From positions 3,997 to 67,996 of the IMG/VR virus record IMGVR_UViG_3300044730_001661: a DNA stretch of 64,000 bases, one strand, 5' to 3'. This DNA is from a virus. The notes below the pieces were generated by a model that did no database searches, was not told the origin of the DNA, and worked only from the letters and a program-made list of their open reading frames with translations. Made by a program: the position numbers and the translations under genes. Positions 43,789-53,276 of this stretch are shown piece by piece; positions within the stretch are counted from its first letter, which is position 1, and every line of letters begins with the position of its first letter.

Positions 43789-44106
43789 TTAATCCTGATG
43801 AACGTCGTCTTCAAGATCTACGGGATCTTTCTGTGTAATTTCCATTGCATTTTTTTCAACAATATCAACAAAAATTTCACCAACAGTTTGAGTAAAAACT
43901 TCATCCTGTTGATTAAATCCTTCCGGAGCCTCTACCATTGTGATATCCATATTAACCTTGAGATTTTCGCCTTCGACTTCTTCTAATGAAATCTTTCCAT
44001 ACTTGTAAACGATGCCAGCAAACTGCCCTTCCATAATCCGGATAGGGCAGGTGTCGTGACCGACCATCATTTCATCTATAAACTTATACTCAGGTACCTT
44101 GGCCAT
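43789..44106 (-). CDS. gp40-like protein (between uvsX and gene 41)
   Basis: T4-like synteny uvsX-40-41; G.F.GIVYKYGKI motif. Confidence 0.6.
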   Translation of the reverse strand: MAKVPEYKFIDEMMVGHDTCPIRIMEGQFAGIVYKYGKISLEEVEGENLKVNMDITMVEAPEGFNQQDEVFTQTVGEIFVDIVEKNAMEITQKDPVDLEDDVHQD

Positions 44107-45112
44107 ACTTAAAGTCCTTTTGAATCTCTTCGTCCAACTTAGTTAGGATATCTTTAGTAAAGTACTTCTCGGGATCCTCATCGATGTTCTTCTCGAACGC
44201 CTTGGTTCCATCCGGCAATTCGATGCGAGTGGATACCTTCTTGAAGATGTTATACTTTAGTGCAAGATCGGTCAGACCATAATATCTGCTCAGACCAGAA
44301 GTATAGTTCAGGCGAGTCTCGACATTCATGTTCTCCTTAACAAAACGATTCTTATAGTTGGTGCACTTGATAAAGTTTCCGACAACGCCCTCCTCAGTTT
44401 TGTCCTTGCTCTTGGAAAGTGTAAGGATATTACTGGCTGCATACTTAAGGCCAATACCACCACCAAGTTCCTTTGTGGGAACATATGCACCGATGACCTG
44501 ATATGTGTGATTGGTCAGCAACATGGGGATCTTTGCCTTGCCAAGCTTCAGCGTTAGAACGCGGAAGGTTGCCTTGGTCTGCTGTGCCTTGGTCATGTCA
44601 CGGACATTCTTGCCCTCTGCAGAATCATTCATTTCCTTCTCGGTTGACAACATGCCCAGAGAATCCAAAACCATGAAGACTGGCTTGCGCTCTTCCTCGG
44701 GCTGCTCTAGAATGTCATTGACGATCTTGAGAGCCTGTGTCTTGAACTCCTCAATCGTTGCAACGGGAATGACTGCAACGCGCTCAGGATCAACGCCACG
44801 GGCAGTAAACATATCAGATGTCACTGCTTGCTCCGTGTCAAAGTAGACGACTACGCCATCTTTGTGATCCTTGAGGAACTGGCCTGCGATACCGATTGCA
44901 TAAAAGGTCTTTCCCGTGGCAGGATCTCCAGCCAAGCAGGAGATCTTGTTGTTGGGCAGACCACCAAAGATTGAACCGGACAGCAATGCATTCAGTGCAT
45001 ATGAGCCAGTATCGATAAACCCAGTAACATCAGCACCGTCGATGCCGTCAGATACTAGGGTTGCGTCAGGATTGTTTATTTTGCTTATCAGTGTTTTTAG
45101 ATACTTCGACAT
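44090..45112 (-). CDS. uvsX: RecA-like recombinase UvsX
   Basis: IDTGSY.LNALLSGS, GDPATGKT, FDTE, LDSLG, NHTY, GG.G.KYAAS. Confidence 0.95.
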   Translation of the reverse strand: MSKYLKTLISKINNPDATLVSDGIDGADVTGFIDTGSYALNALLSGSIFGGLPNNKISCLAGDPATGKTFYAIGIAGQFLKDHKDGVVVYFDTEQAVTSDMFTARGVDPERVAVIPVATIEEFKTQALKIVNDILEQPEEERKPVFMVLDSLGMLSTEKEMNDSAEGKNVRDMTKAQQTKATFRVLTLKLGKAKIPMLLTNHTYQVIGAYVPTKELGGGIGLKYAASNILTLSKSKDKTEEGVVGNFIKCTNYKNRFVKENMNVETRLNYTSGLSRYYGLTDLALKYNIFKKVSTRIELPDGTKAFEKNIDEDPEKYFTKDILTKLDEEIQKDFKYGQGT

Positions 45113-45446
45113 TCTTTTCCTTTTTTTCCATAAGCCGATATGCTTCGTCTGTTTGATATTCTGCCATCGAAAGGTGATCTTGCAAGGAATGCACGATATG
45201 CATGATTCTGTCCCTGACCGCCATCATCTTGTCGAAGACACCCATCGTTGGTCCCGTAAACCAATCTTCATTTTTTTTCTGTAGGGTACCATAATACTCG
45301 GAGAGCGTCTGATGCTCCATGAGCAGCATATGTACTGGCATCCCAGTAATACGATCTTTCAATTCTTCCAAAGATTCCTGCGGAATCTGGTCGTATTGAT
45401 TATAGCGAATAAGTTTGCTGTTCTTTCTAATTTTTTTCTTTGGCAT
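45066..45446 (-). CDS. Hypothetical protein
   Basis: Co-oriented ORF in the replication operon (MPKKKIRK...). Confidence 0.7.
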   Translation of the reverse strand: MPKKKIRKNSKLIRYNQYDQIPQESLEELKDRITGMPVHMLLMEHQTLSEYYGTLQKKNEDWFTGPTMGVFDKMMAVRDRIMHIVHSLQDHLSMAEYQTDEAYRLMEKKEKNVEVSKNTDKQNKQS

Positions 45447-45450
45447 AGGA

Positions 45451-45642
45451 TTACTCGTCAAACCAACGGGGATCGATCAGAGAAACAAGAAGCATGCAGC
45501 AACCAAGTTCCCAGCCACCCAGCATAAACGCCAAAAATGTAACTGCGCCCATCAGCAAACGCTGAACATGCTCAAAGTACTCGGAGATCTTAAAATTACG
45601 CTTGAGCGAATCCTTGATATAATTAAAGATTTTCTTGATCAT
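45451..45642 (-). CDS. Small membrane protein (63 aa)
   Basis: Hydrophobic C-terminal half. Confidence 0.6.
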   Translation of the reverse strand: MIKKIFNYIKDSLKRNFKISEYFEHVQRLLMGAVTFLAFMLGGWELGCCMLLVSLIDPRWFDE

Positions 45643-45871
45643 TCAATTTTTCCTTTAAAAGTTTTATTTCCTGTTTTAGTGACTTGATTTCTTCCGATGC
45701 AACCCGTAAGGTATCTTGGATTTCATACCAAAAACTAAACATTGGGCAAAGTGATGCCGTATCCAATCGTTCTTCAATAGAAGAAAGATTTAACCTCATG
45801 TGTAAAAGTTTACTATTTTCATCCGTACATATGTTTTGTACGGGATGGCAATCAATTTTGTTTTTTTCCAT
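45623..45871 (-). CDS. Hypothetical protein (82 aa)
   Basis: Overlapping chain of co-oriented ORFs. Confidence 0.65.
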   Translation of the reverse strand: MEKNKIDCHPVQNICTDENSKLLHMRLNLSSIEERLDTASLCPMFSFWYEIQDTLRVASEEIKSLKQEIKLLKEKLNDQENL

Positions 45872-46133
45872 TATTCAGTTTTCTTACAGTAATTATAGCA
45901 CCTGCGTAGTTGTCTGCAACTACTGATTCATCAATTTCTATGTTTTCGATGATTACATTATTGCCAGTGTCAAGAAATCTATCGCCAACCATAAGGCATG
46001 GGCCACCTTCAAAATCAAATAGCCCATCGCCATGGCGAGTATAGAGAGACCTACCTTCGATTCTGTAACGTCCGTCTTCAAGAAGCGTGATAATTCGTTC
46101 ATCACCATATCTAGATTTAAGTTTCTTCACCAT
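45852..46133 (-). CDS. Hypothetical protein (SRYGD.R / DFEGGP family)
   Basis: 93-aa ORF with conserved-looking motifs. Confidence 0.75.
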   Translation of the reverse strand: MVKKLKSRYGDERIITLLEDGRYRIEGRSLYTRHGDGLFDFEGGPCLMVGDRFLDTGNNVIIENIEIDESVVADNYAGAIITVRKLNNGKKQN

Positions 46134-46136
46134 TTC

Positions 46137-46691
46137 TTAACACTCCTGATTAACTGCCTTAAGCATTTCAATCTCTTCTTTGAGATCTTTTATTTCTTCT
46201 TCCAGTTCCTTGATACGGGCATCCCTATCACTCGAATAAGCGTCACCGTGAACGGGTGCCTGTTGATAGACTTTACTAAAATTTTTGGGAGTAGTATACG
46301 TGGAATATGACGGAGCGGACTTTAATGTGGTATTCATTTTTTTACTCCAACGCTGTGCATCGCTTGTAACTTTTATAAGATTGATCAACAGTCTTTCCGG
46401 ATCTGCTGCGACTGCAGTATAATCAAGAATGTTGATACCAAAAAATTCAAGAAATTCTTTTGAAAATTCTTCACTCATTACAACTGGTGGGGCAACACCA
46501 AGTTTGTTTTCTGGGACTGCCTTAACCGTAATTTTTACAGACCAGGCGTAATCAAAATATTCAATATAAACCTCAAGGAAATCAACTCCATCATAAATCA
46601 TCTTGGAAACATTGCCTGGGCCAAAACGCCCCCAGTCAATTGTATAACCAGTTTTACTTTTCTTAAAGATCATACTACCAATATAACTCAT
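46137..46691 (-). CDS. Hypothetical protein (184 aa), C-terminal coiled coil
   Basis: ATGA overlap with the polymerase stop. Confidence 0.75.
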   Translation of the reverse strand: MSYIGSMIFKKSKTGYTIDWGRFGPGNVSKMIYDGVDFLEVYIEYFDYAWSVKITVKAVPENKLGVAPPVVMSEEFSKEFLEFFGINILDYTAVAADPERLLINLIKVTSDAQRWSKKMNTTLKSAPSYSTYTTPKNFSKVYQQAPVHGDAYSSDRDARIKELEEEIKDLKEEIEMLKAVNQEC

Positions 46692-49189
46692 CCAAAGAAG
46701 GATTCAAGTGTGACTTGCTGATTTATCGACCACCCAATAGCCTGAAGAACGTTGTCAAGCGGTTCACCGAAAGTCTTATCAAACTGCTTCTTTCGGTCAA
46801 TGTACTTCTCCAACTGAAACTGCTCTGGTGGCTTGCCAATGAATCCGATGACTGCATCTCGTCCTCCCATTCCGTAAGGATTGGGTACCTTGACGAAGAC
46901 GAACTTCATCTTGTCGTTCTCCTTGATTGCAGGAATGTCCTTATCAAGTTTTAGTTTCTTAACATAGGCATTGTGAAGCAATGCAGCCTTGGTTGCAATC
47001 GGGGTTCCTGACTTGTAGATGTCAGAGGAGTCGATATACTTTCCCATACCCTTAACTCCGCGAGGAGACGCAACATCTTCGATGGGCAGATTCATAAACG
47101 CATCATAAAATTCATCGACGTATGCGCGAAGCTCCTCGGGAGTCTTGGTCAGAATGATCTTAATGCAGTCCTTGAGTTTAGAACGCACGACTGCAGGCGT
47201 ACTGCTTCGTGCAGTTTCCAGACCCATGATCTTGAGTTTTGGATCGGCAAACCGAACACCTTCAAGGTCTTGCATGAGGAGTGCATATCGCTTCTTGGCA
47301 ATAAACATCCCAGCAGAAGCAATCGCCTCACGCTTGAAGAAGATCTTGTTCTCCGGGCATCCTAGAGTGGACGCCAGCAATTCCATTTCTTTCTTGAACT
47401 GCGGTTGGATCTTGTGTTCACACACTTCATGAATGAACTGTGTTACGTCTGGGATGTCTGTCTTTGCAGAAACCTTCTCCACGACAGCATTCAGATTCAG
47501 ATAGACCGAGTCGGTATCCACCGCCAGTACATAGTCCTTGTCATCCTTCGTAAGGTGCTGAATATAGTCGTTCATGGCCATCTCTGCCTTGCGAATAATG
47601 ACCTGACCAGTTACGGTCACGGCGGTAGCAAGTTCCGGAGATGAGTAGACGAAAGCAGGATTTCCAAGGCAACCGTATAGGCTGTTTGCAAGAATCTTCT
47701 TGACTGACTGACGAATTTTCAATGCCGCAATACGAGGAAGAAGATCCTTGTCCTTAGTCTTCTCGTATTCCTTTTCCAACTCAATCATCTTGTTCTTCGC
47801 TTCCTTGCGCTGATTGAAAGTCCTTTCGATCAGAATAGGAATAAACCCCTTGAGTTTGGTGGTAAAAGCCGATCCGTTACAAGCAAGCGAACTATTATTC
47901 GCAATTGCTTCCTTGACCAAATCAGGAATATCTTTTCTCTTGCTTCGAAGGAAGTCATCTGCATTCAAAGACGAATCCTTGTGCACACAAGTCTCCGGAG
48001 AGATGTTCCACTGCATGATGATGCTGGGATACAGACTGGTGGCGTCAAAGCTGACAACGTTCTTGTACAGACCCGGAGTCACTTCCTTGACATATGCACC
48101 GACAAACTGGTCATCCTTTGCATAACTACGCTTTAGGGGAGGAACAATGTTCTTTTGTGCGAGATAGTCACAGCAGATGGTTTCCCAGATCCGTGTGGCA
48201 AAGAATACTGTATCATAGGTGATCTTTGCCTCATAAGCAATGGATACCGCCAAATCAATCAGCTTTAGCTTATCGTCAAGTCGCTCAACCAGGATAGCGT
48301 CTTGGACGTTATACTCCGCAAACTTTTGAAAGTTCTGGCGATAAAACTCACGCATCGATCCATATTCGCTGTAATCCAGTTTCTGTGCATCGAGTTCTAC
48401 CTTTGCAATGTTTTGCAGGGCGTAACTTTCCTGACTGGTTCCGGAAAACTTCTTATATAGATCCATGTAATCCAAGATCGTGTAGCCGGGGAACTCGTAG
48501 ATCTTGTAATTCTTGCCACCGATGTCCGTTTCACGCATCTTGAGAAAGCCAAACGGAAGCCAACTCTGTATTTCCTTCTCCTCGAAGTAAAGCAGTGCCC
48601 TACCCATTATGTAGGGAATATCGAACAACTTGATATTCCATCCGGTAAGAATGTCTGCTCCCTCCTTGGCAAGGATATCGAAGGTCTTCTTGAGAAGTTC
48701 CTTCTCGTTGGCAACCATATGGACTTTGCAGTCCGGTAGGTTGATCGGAGTAAAACTAATAACGTGAGTCACTCCGGAGATGCGAATGCTCATCAAGTTG
48801 ACTCTCTCGTTCGGAGAATCTAGATCTGGGAATCCGTTTTCGGATTCACATTCCAAGTCTAGGTATGCTACTTTGATCTGGGAAAGATCGTATTCCACCT
48901 CAGACGGATAAGTCTCCATGAGGTATTGAGTAATGAAATCAGTGTTGCCATAGATCGGACAATCCTCCAGTTCTCTGTACTGGTCGATGAACTCCCTGCA
49001 ATCATAAAGGCTGTCAAAGATCATTCGCTTGACCTTGACTCCGTTGAGAGTCCGGTACTTGGAATCCTTCTCCGAACGAATGTACATGGATGGCTTAAAC
49101 ACGATGGAGTCAGTAAATCGTTCTCCATTGCGATAGCCACGAACCAGTACTTTGTTGCCCTTTAGGGCGCAGGCAGTGTAAAATTTCAT
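46688..49189 (-). CDS. gp43: Family B DNA polymerase (T4 gp43-like)
   Basis: DLE exonuclease motif, GWN..FDIPY, SFDATSLYPS, K..ANSLYG, DTDS, KKRY, GLE. Confidence 0.97.
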   Translation of the reverse strand: MKFYTACALKGNKVLVRGYRNGERFTDSIVFKPSMYIRSEKDSKYRTLNGVKVKRMIFDSLYDCREFIDQYRELEDCPIYGNTDFITQYLMETYPSEVEYDLSQIKVAYLDLECESENGFPDLDSPNERVNLMSIRISGVTHVISFTPINLPDCKVHMVANEKELLKKTFDILAKEGADILTGWNIKLFDIPYIMGRALLYFEEKEIQSWLPFGFLKMRETDIGGKNYKIYEFPGYTILDYMDLYKKFSGTSQESYALQNIAKVELDAQKLDYSEYGSMREFYRQNFQKFAEYNVQDAILVERLDDKLKLIDLAVSIAYEAKITYDTVFFATRIWETICCDYLAQKNIVPPLKRSYAKDDQFVGAYVKEVTPGLYKNVVSFDATSLYPSIIMQWNISPETCVHKDSSLNADDFLRSKRKDIPDLVKEAIANNSSLACNGSAFTTKLKGFIPILIERTFNQRKEAKNKMIELEKEYEKTKDKDLLPRIAALKIRQSVKKILANSLYGCLGNPAFVYSSPELATAVTVTGQVIIRKAEMAMNDYIQHLTKDDKDYVLAVDTDSVYLNLNAVVEKVSAKTDIPDVTQFIHEVCEHKIQPQFKKEMELLASTLGCPENKIFFKREAIASAGMFIAKKRYALLMQDLEGVRFADPKLKIMGLETARSSTPAVVRSKLKDCIKIILTKTPEELRAYVDEFYDAFMNLPIEDVASPRGVKGMGKYIDSSDIYKSGTPIATKAALLHNAYVKKLKLDKDIPAIKENDKMKFVFVKVPNPYGMGGRDAVIGFIGKPPEQFQLEKYIDRKKQFDKTFGEPLDNVLQAIGWSINQQVTLESFFG

Positions 49190-49509
49190 TAAATCTTCCG
49201 ATTGTCTTTATCAGCCAGCAAACCGTGCAATAGTATCATATAATTAATGACATCCAAGATACTGTCTTCCACGGTTTCGTTGCTGACCTTCAGTTCACCC
49301 TTTTTGAGGAAGGTAGAAATACGAGAAACCTTGTCCACAACCCGAAGCATGAGCCCCTCTTCTGCTGTGGCGAAGCCCAGGATCTCTCCGCGCTTAAAAT
49401 TAGCAAAAGGATCGGTTCCCGATGCGTAATCTGCGGATTTGTGACGCATTATAATTAATGCCCGGTTGCAAATTTCTTGGTGTAAAGCAAATAATTCGTC
49501 TCTAGTCAT
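49189..49509 (-). CDS. DUF1599/nucleotide-modification-associated alpha-helical domain protein
   Basis: K..DY...DPF.NF, R..DK..R, E...DS.LD..NY; leaderless (TTGACA-16-TATAAT-6nt-ATG). Confidence 0.75.
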   Translation of the reverse strand: MTRDELFALHQEICNRALIIMRHKSADYASGTDPFANFKRGEILGFATAEEGLMLRVVDKVSRISTFLKKGELKVSNETVEDSILDVINYMILLHGLLADKDNRKI

Positions 49510-49573
49510 GTAGACATTATAGACCCTAATAGGGGGGTGTCAAGAATCTAAATATTAAGACACGGAGATTTTA

Positions 49574-50182
49574 ATGTCATTTGGATTCCTAGAAGTACCT
49601 AAAACCGTAGAGAGCATTGCATGGTGGGTCGCAGGAGTGCTTGGAATAAGCCTTGGCGTCCACAGATTCTGGAAATCCAAAACAAAAACCGACAATTTTA
49701 TTTTAATTCACAGTGAGATCAATGAGCGTCTTACAGAGCTCCGTGTCGCTTCAAATTCCATGCGGGCTAGCGTCATGCAGTTTCACAATGGTGAGTACTA
49801 TATGGATGGAATTTCCATGAGAAAATTTTCAGTTTCTCATGAGTCTTCCCACAAGGGCTATACATCTCAAGCACTAAAATTTAAAAATACACTTTGTTCT
49901 TTGTTTATTCCACTAATCACCAAAGTTCTAGAAAACAGACCTTTGATTTATTCGGTCGAAGCATTGCCAGAAAATAGCTATGTCAAACATTTCTTTGAAG
50001 ATGAATTTACATCACACTTTGCATGTCTTCCTCTTAAAAATAAAAATGTCAATGTTGGATTCATTCTAGTTCAATGGCACAAAGACTATTCTCCAGACCT
50101 TATTCAAGAACAAAATTTGATGAATCATTTTGAAGAAGTCCGTGGATCAATAGAATTACAACTTTCATATCAAAAGAATTGA
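49574..50182 (+). CDS. Putative T4 gp t-like holin (one TM plus GAF-like domain)
   Basis: Single N-terminal TM; FHNG..., ACLPL..GF GAF-like C-terminus; TAAATA plus GGAG upstream. Confidence 0.55.
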   Translation: MSFGFLEVPKTVESIAWWVAGVLGISLGVHRFWKSKTKTDNFILIHSEINERLTELRVASNSMRASVMQFHNGEYYMDGISMRKFSVSHESSHKGYTSQALKFKNTLCSLFIPLITKVLENRPLIYSVEALPENSYVKHFFEDEFTSHFACLPLKNKNVNVGFILVQWHKDYSPDLIQEQNLMNHFEEVRGSIELQLSYQKN

Positions 50183-50188
50183 GGTAAT

Positions 50189-50623
50189 ATGCCGACAGAA
50201 CTTATATCTTTGCTCGGAGGTGGTGTGACGGGATTCCTGTTCCGTTACTGGGCACAGCGAGCCCAAGACCAAAAAGACATGTTCAAGATGGTCATTGAAG
50301 CAAATAAGCAAACTACAGACAACCAAGACAAGGCAGCACAGAGAGTTCCTCTGGATGTCGGTAAAGGTGTTCGCCAGTTGATTGTTCTATCCTGCCTTTT
50401 TGCTGTTGTTGCTGCACCGTTTGTCCTACCATTTTTTGGAATTTCCACGTTTGCCGAATTTACTCAAAAACAACCTGAAAGTTTCTTTGGTTTGGTCCCA
50501 GAGACAACTCGGAAGTATTTTGTAGAAATTCCAGGATATTTGTTTGCTGAAGAAAATCGTCAAGTTCTCTTGGCTGTCGTCGGATTCTACTTTGGTACAG
50601 CTGCAGGAGGAAATAAATCATGA
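50189..50623 (+). CDS. Membrane protein, holin-like
   Basis: Hydrophobic segments; ending AVVGFYFG as in 3-TM phage holin families. Confidence 0.6.
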   Translation: MPTELISLLGGGVTGFLFRYWAQRAQDQKDMFKMVIEANKQTTDNQDKAAQRVPLDVGKGVRQLIVLSCLFAVVAAPFVLPFFGISTFAEFTQKQPESFFGLVPETTRKYFVEIPGYLFAEENRQVLLAVVGFYFGTAAGGNKS

Positions 50624-50859
50624 AATATCTTCTATCGCTTATTTTTCTCGCTTCCTGCACAAATCCCCAAATTGTATCTTCCTTGGATAAACAGGGAAAC
50701 CCAGTACATAGCGTACTCAAAGAACCTTTCTTTGGGGCACCAAACCAAGGATCTGAATGGAGTTTTTGGTATGTTGTGATATGCCTTATTACCTTTTGGG
50801 CCGTCTGGAAAGAATTTAAATCAGTAAAATGGCCAAAATCAAAGAATAAAGACCAATAA
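50620..50859 (+). CDS. Lipoprotein with C-terminal TM (unimolecular-spanin topology)
   Basis: Lipobox LAS-C at residue 13; TM WSFWYVVICLITFWAVW; basic tail. Confidence 0.6.
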   Translation: MKYLLSLIFLASCTNPQIVSSLDKQGNPVHSVLKEPFFGAPNQGSEWSFWYVVICLITFWAVWKEFKSVKWPKSKNKDQ

Positions 50860-50904
50860 AATTCAAATTAATATCATTATAAATATAAAAAAGGACTACT
50901 AAAC

Positions 50905-52407
50905 ATGTATACTACTAGACAGATGGCTACTTTTTTTGCTTCTTTGGTTGAACAAACCAATACAGTTGCTTCTCCGGGCTCTCCTATCGTTAACACAATG
51001 ATGGGTCCATTTACTTTTAATGCAGCAACTCAATCTTGGACAAACGTAAATAACGGCATGAGAATCAGCAATGCTGAATTCCAAAATATGATGAGTGCCG
51101 GTGATTATACTACAACTTCCTCGGATTCCGGAACTGCAATTTCAGTAGTTGTCCCACCAACTCCAGGGGAGCCATCAAATTTTACAATTACAAAATTAAA
51201 TTTTACCGGTGGACCGTATTCAACTTCTTCCAATTATGGAACGGGCGCTTCTGCATGGACTTCAGTTGGAACCATTGCGGGTAATACCACCGGAACAAAG
51301 TTAAAATGGGGACTTTCCGGTACCACTTCCAACGCTTTAATTGGTGAGCTCTATTATCGTAGAAATGGTGTAGAATTTAGTAATGCATTGGCTGAAGGAA
51401 CTGCATTCCCATTCGTTCCGCCATCGGCCAACTGGACCAGCGGTCAAACCATTCAATTGGGTGTAAAAGCAAATAGTCTATTTAATGGAGTATTTACACA
51501 AAGTATAGAATTGTTTAACGTAAATGATGGAAATACTTCATGCAGTAATAAAATTACATTTATAATTAATTGCCCAGCTAATAGAAATGCTTTTATATTG
51601 GGTTCAGATTTTGGTACCAAAAATTACCTAAATATGCCTGTAGCTGGCACTACTTATTTTGCATCCGGCGCCGGGCCAACCCCAGTGTTTGCATTTGGAA
51701 ATAGCAATCTTGTAGGTGGAAATAACGCGGCCTTTAGATTAACTGCTTCACTTACAGGTGTACAAGGAACAACCCCAGGAATATTTGGAACAACTTCCGG
51801 TACTGGCGCTATGTTTAATCTGTTAACTTCAGGTCTTACAGTTGGATTGTTTACAGATCCATTTTTAAATTTACAAAACAATAGAGAAGCATTCCAAGTA
51901 GCCATCGTTACTCCCACAACGCCCGGATCAGGTTCAGGGTTCTTGCAATTGGTAAACACATCAAATGGACAAAATTTTTCAACAGGTGTGACATATAGTT
52001 ATGCAACAGGTGATATAACTCCAACACTATCACCGAGTAGCTGGGGAGGATTGACCGGAATGAGTGTTGTAGATATTGAATATTATGCCGCATCCGGTGG
52101 AGCTAGCACTGATGAATTTGCCGCATCTGTAGTAGAATTCCTTAATATGAATACTACAATTCAAGTTTCTATAACAGATATCAATTCCACTGGAGGACCA
52201 CTTGAAAGAATTGAGATCAATATTAATGGCAAGGCATGGGGTGAGATTGTTAGTGGTAACCAATTTGGTGTACAGCCGAATGATAATCTAAGAATTAGAG
52301 CCGTTCCTAACACACCTTGTTCTGGTATACTCCGAGTCAGAAACGAGTCTGCCGGTACCATCTTGCAGGATATTAGCTACGGTTTCTCTGAAGTAGAACC
52401 AATTTAA
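50905..52407 (+). CDS. Putative virion surface protein (500 aa, Ig-like repeats)
   Basis: TATAAATA plus AGGA upstream; G/T/S/N-rich beta composition. Confidence 0.8.
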   Translation: MYTTRQMATFFASLVEQTNTVASPGSPIVNTMMGPFTFNAATQSWTNVNNGMRISNAEFQNMMSAGDYTTTSSDSGTAISVVVPPTPGEPSNFTITKLNFTGGPYSTSSNYGTGASAWTSVGTIAGNTTGTKLKWGLSGTTSNALIGELYYRRNGVEFSNALAEGTAFPFVPPSANWTSGQTIQLGVKANSLFNGVFTQSIELFNVNDGNTSCSNKITFIINCPANRNAFILGSDFGTKNYLNMPVAGTTYFASGAGPTPVFAFGNSNLVGGNNAAFRLTASLTGVQGTTPGIFGTTSGTGAMFNLLTSGLTVGLFTDPFLNLQNNREAFQVAIVTPTTPGSGSGFLQLVNTSNGQNFSTGVTYSYATGDITPTLSPSSWGGLTGMSVVDIEYYAASGGASTDEFAASVVEFLNMNTTIQVSITDINSTGGPLERIEININGKAWGEIVSGNQFGVQPNDNLRIRAVPNTPCSGILRVRNESAGTILQDISYGFSEVEPI

Positions 52408-52409
52408 TT

Positions 52410-52925
52410 TTACTTCCCAGTACTTCCAAACCCGCCAACCCGGTCAGACTTCTGGCCGGGTTTGTCGTATGTCTCCATGAGCTTAATTTGCTCATACTTG
52501 ACAACCTCGGCTTGAGCAATCCTATCACGGTCATAGATTCGAACAGCCTCTTGGGTATTCGTGTTCATCATAATGACCTTGGTTTCATGGGTATAATCTT
52601 CGTCCACAACACCTTCACAGTTTGCAAGAGTAAGACCAAACTTTAAAGCCATTCCGGAACGTGGATGGAGACGAATGGAGTATCCGGCAGGAATATCAAA
52701 GGTGAGCCCTGTACGGATCAATGCACGCTCTCCGGGAAGCAGAAGGATGCAGTTTCCCTTTCCGCTCTCAAAGGAGGGGATAACATCCACAAACTCCTTA
52801 CCAGAGTAGACCCGAACCTTTTCACTATCGGGAATGTATGCAGCAAGATCAAAGCATGCGGCAAGACCAGTTTGATAATTGGGATCAACGACAGAGGGAT
52901 CGGCTTTGTGGTAGTTTAGAAACAT
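52410..52925 (-). CDS. dut: Trimeric dUTPase
   Basis: AACFDL, RTGL, PRSG, GVVDEDY, RIAQ, RVGGFGSTG; leaderless start at 52925. Confidence 0.95.
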   Translation of the reverse strand: MFLNYHKADPSVVDPNYQTGLAACFDLAAYIPDSEKVRVYSGKEFVDVIPSFESGKGNCILLLPGERALIRTGLTFDIPAGYSIRLHPRSGMALKFGLTLANCEGVVDEDYTHETKVIMMNTNTQEAVRIYDRDRIAQAEVVKYEQIKLMETYDKPGQKSDRVGGFGSTGK

Positions 52926-52955
52926 CCCCACAGTATACCAATCAATAAATTATTG

Positions 52956-53276
52956 TCAAGTAATTTCCATTACGGATACGACAACATGTGTACTAAAAGT
53001 ATATCCAGATGTATATCTCAGCTGATTACCACTTTCAAGTGCCAGTGGGGCATCCAATACCTGAAAACTTGTTCTGGAAGGCAACTGCGCTTGAGTAATA
53101 AGAGAATATGCAGTGCTTCCCTTTAAAAGTTCTACGGTAACATAATTTATATTATTTACATCATTGTTAGCAATTTGAATCGAATTTACCAACGCTGTTC
53201 CAGTCACTCCACTATAAATTGTTGTAGCAGCAGTACTGCCGACCAAAGTTCCAAAACTTTTATATGCTTCAGGCAT
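52956..53276 (-). CDS. Small virion structural protein (106 aa)
   Basis: I.IAN, L.LESG..L, V.S.MEIT pattern seen in T4-like fibre-associated proteins. Confidence 0.75.
   Translation of the reverse strand: MPEAYKSFGTLVGSTAATTIYSGVTGTALVNSIQIANNDVNNINYVTVELLKGSTAYSLITQAQLPSRTSFQVLDAPLALESGNQLRYTSGYTFSTHVVVSVMEIT

Noticed and set aside
38514-49189. Introns or inteins in nrdJ, helicase, uvsX or polymerase
   Set aside because: The ORFs are continuous, of normal length, and lack intein terminal motifs.
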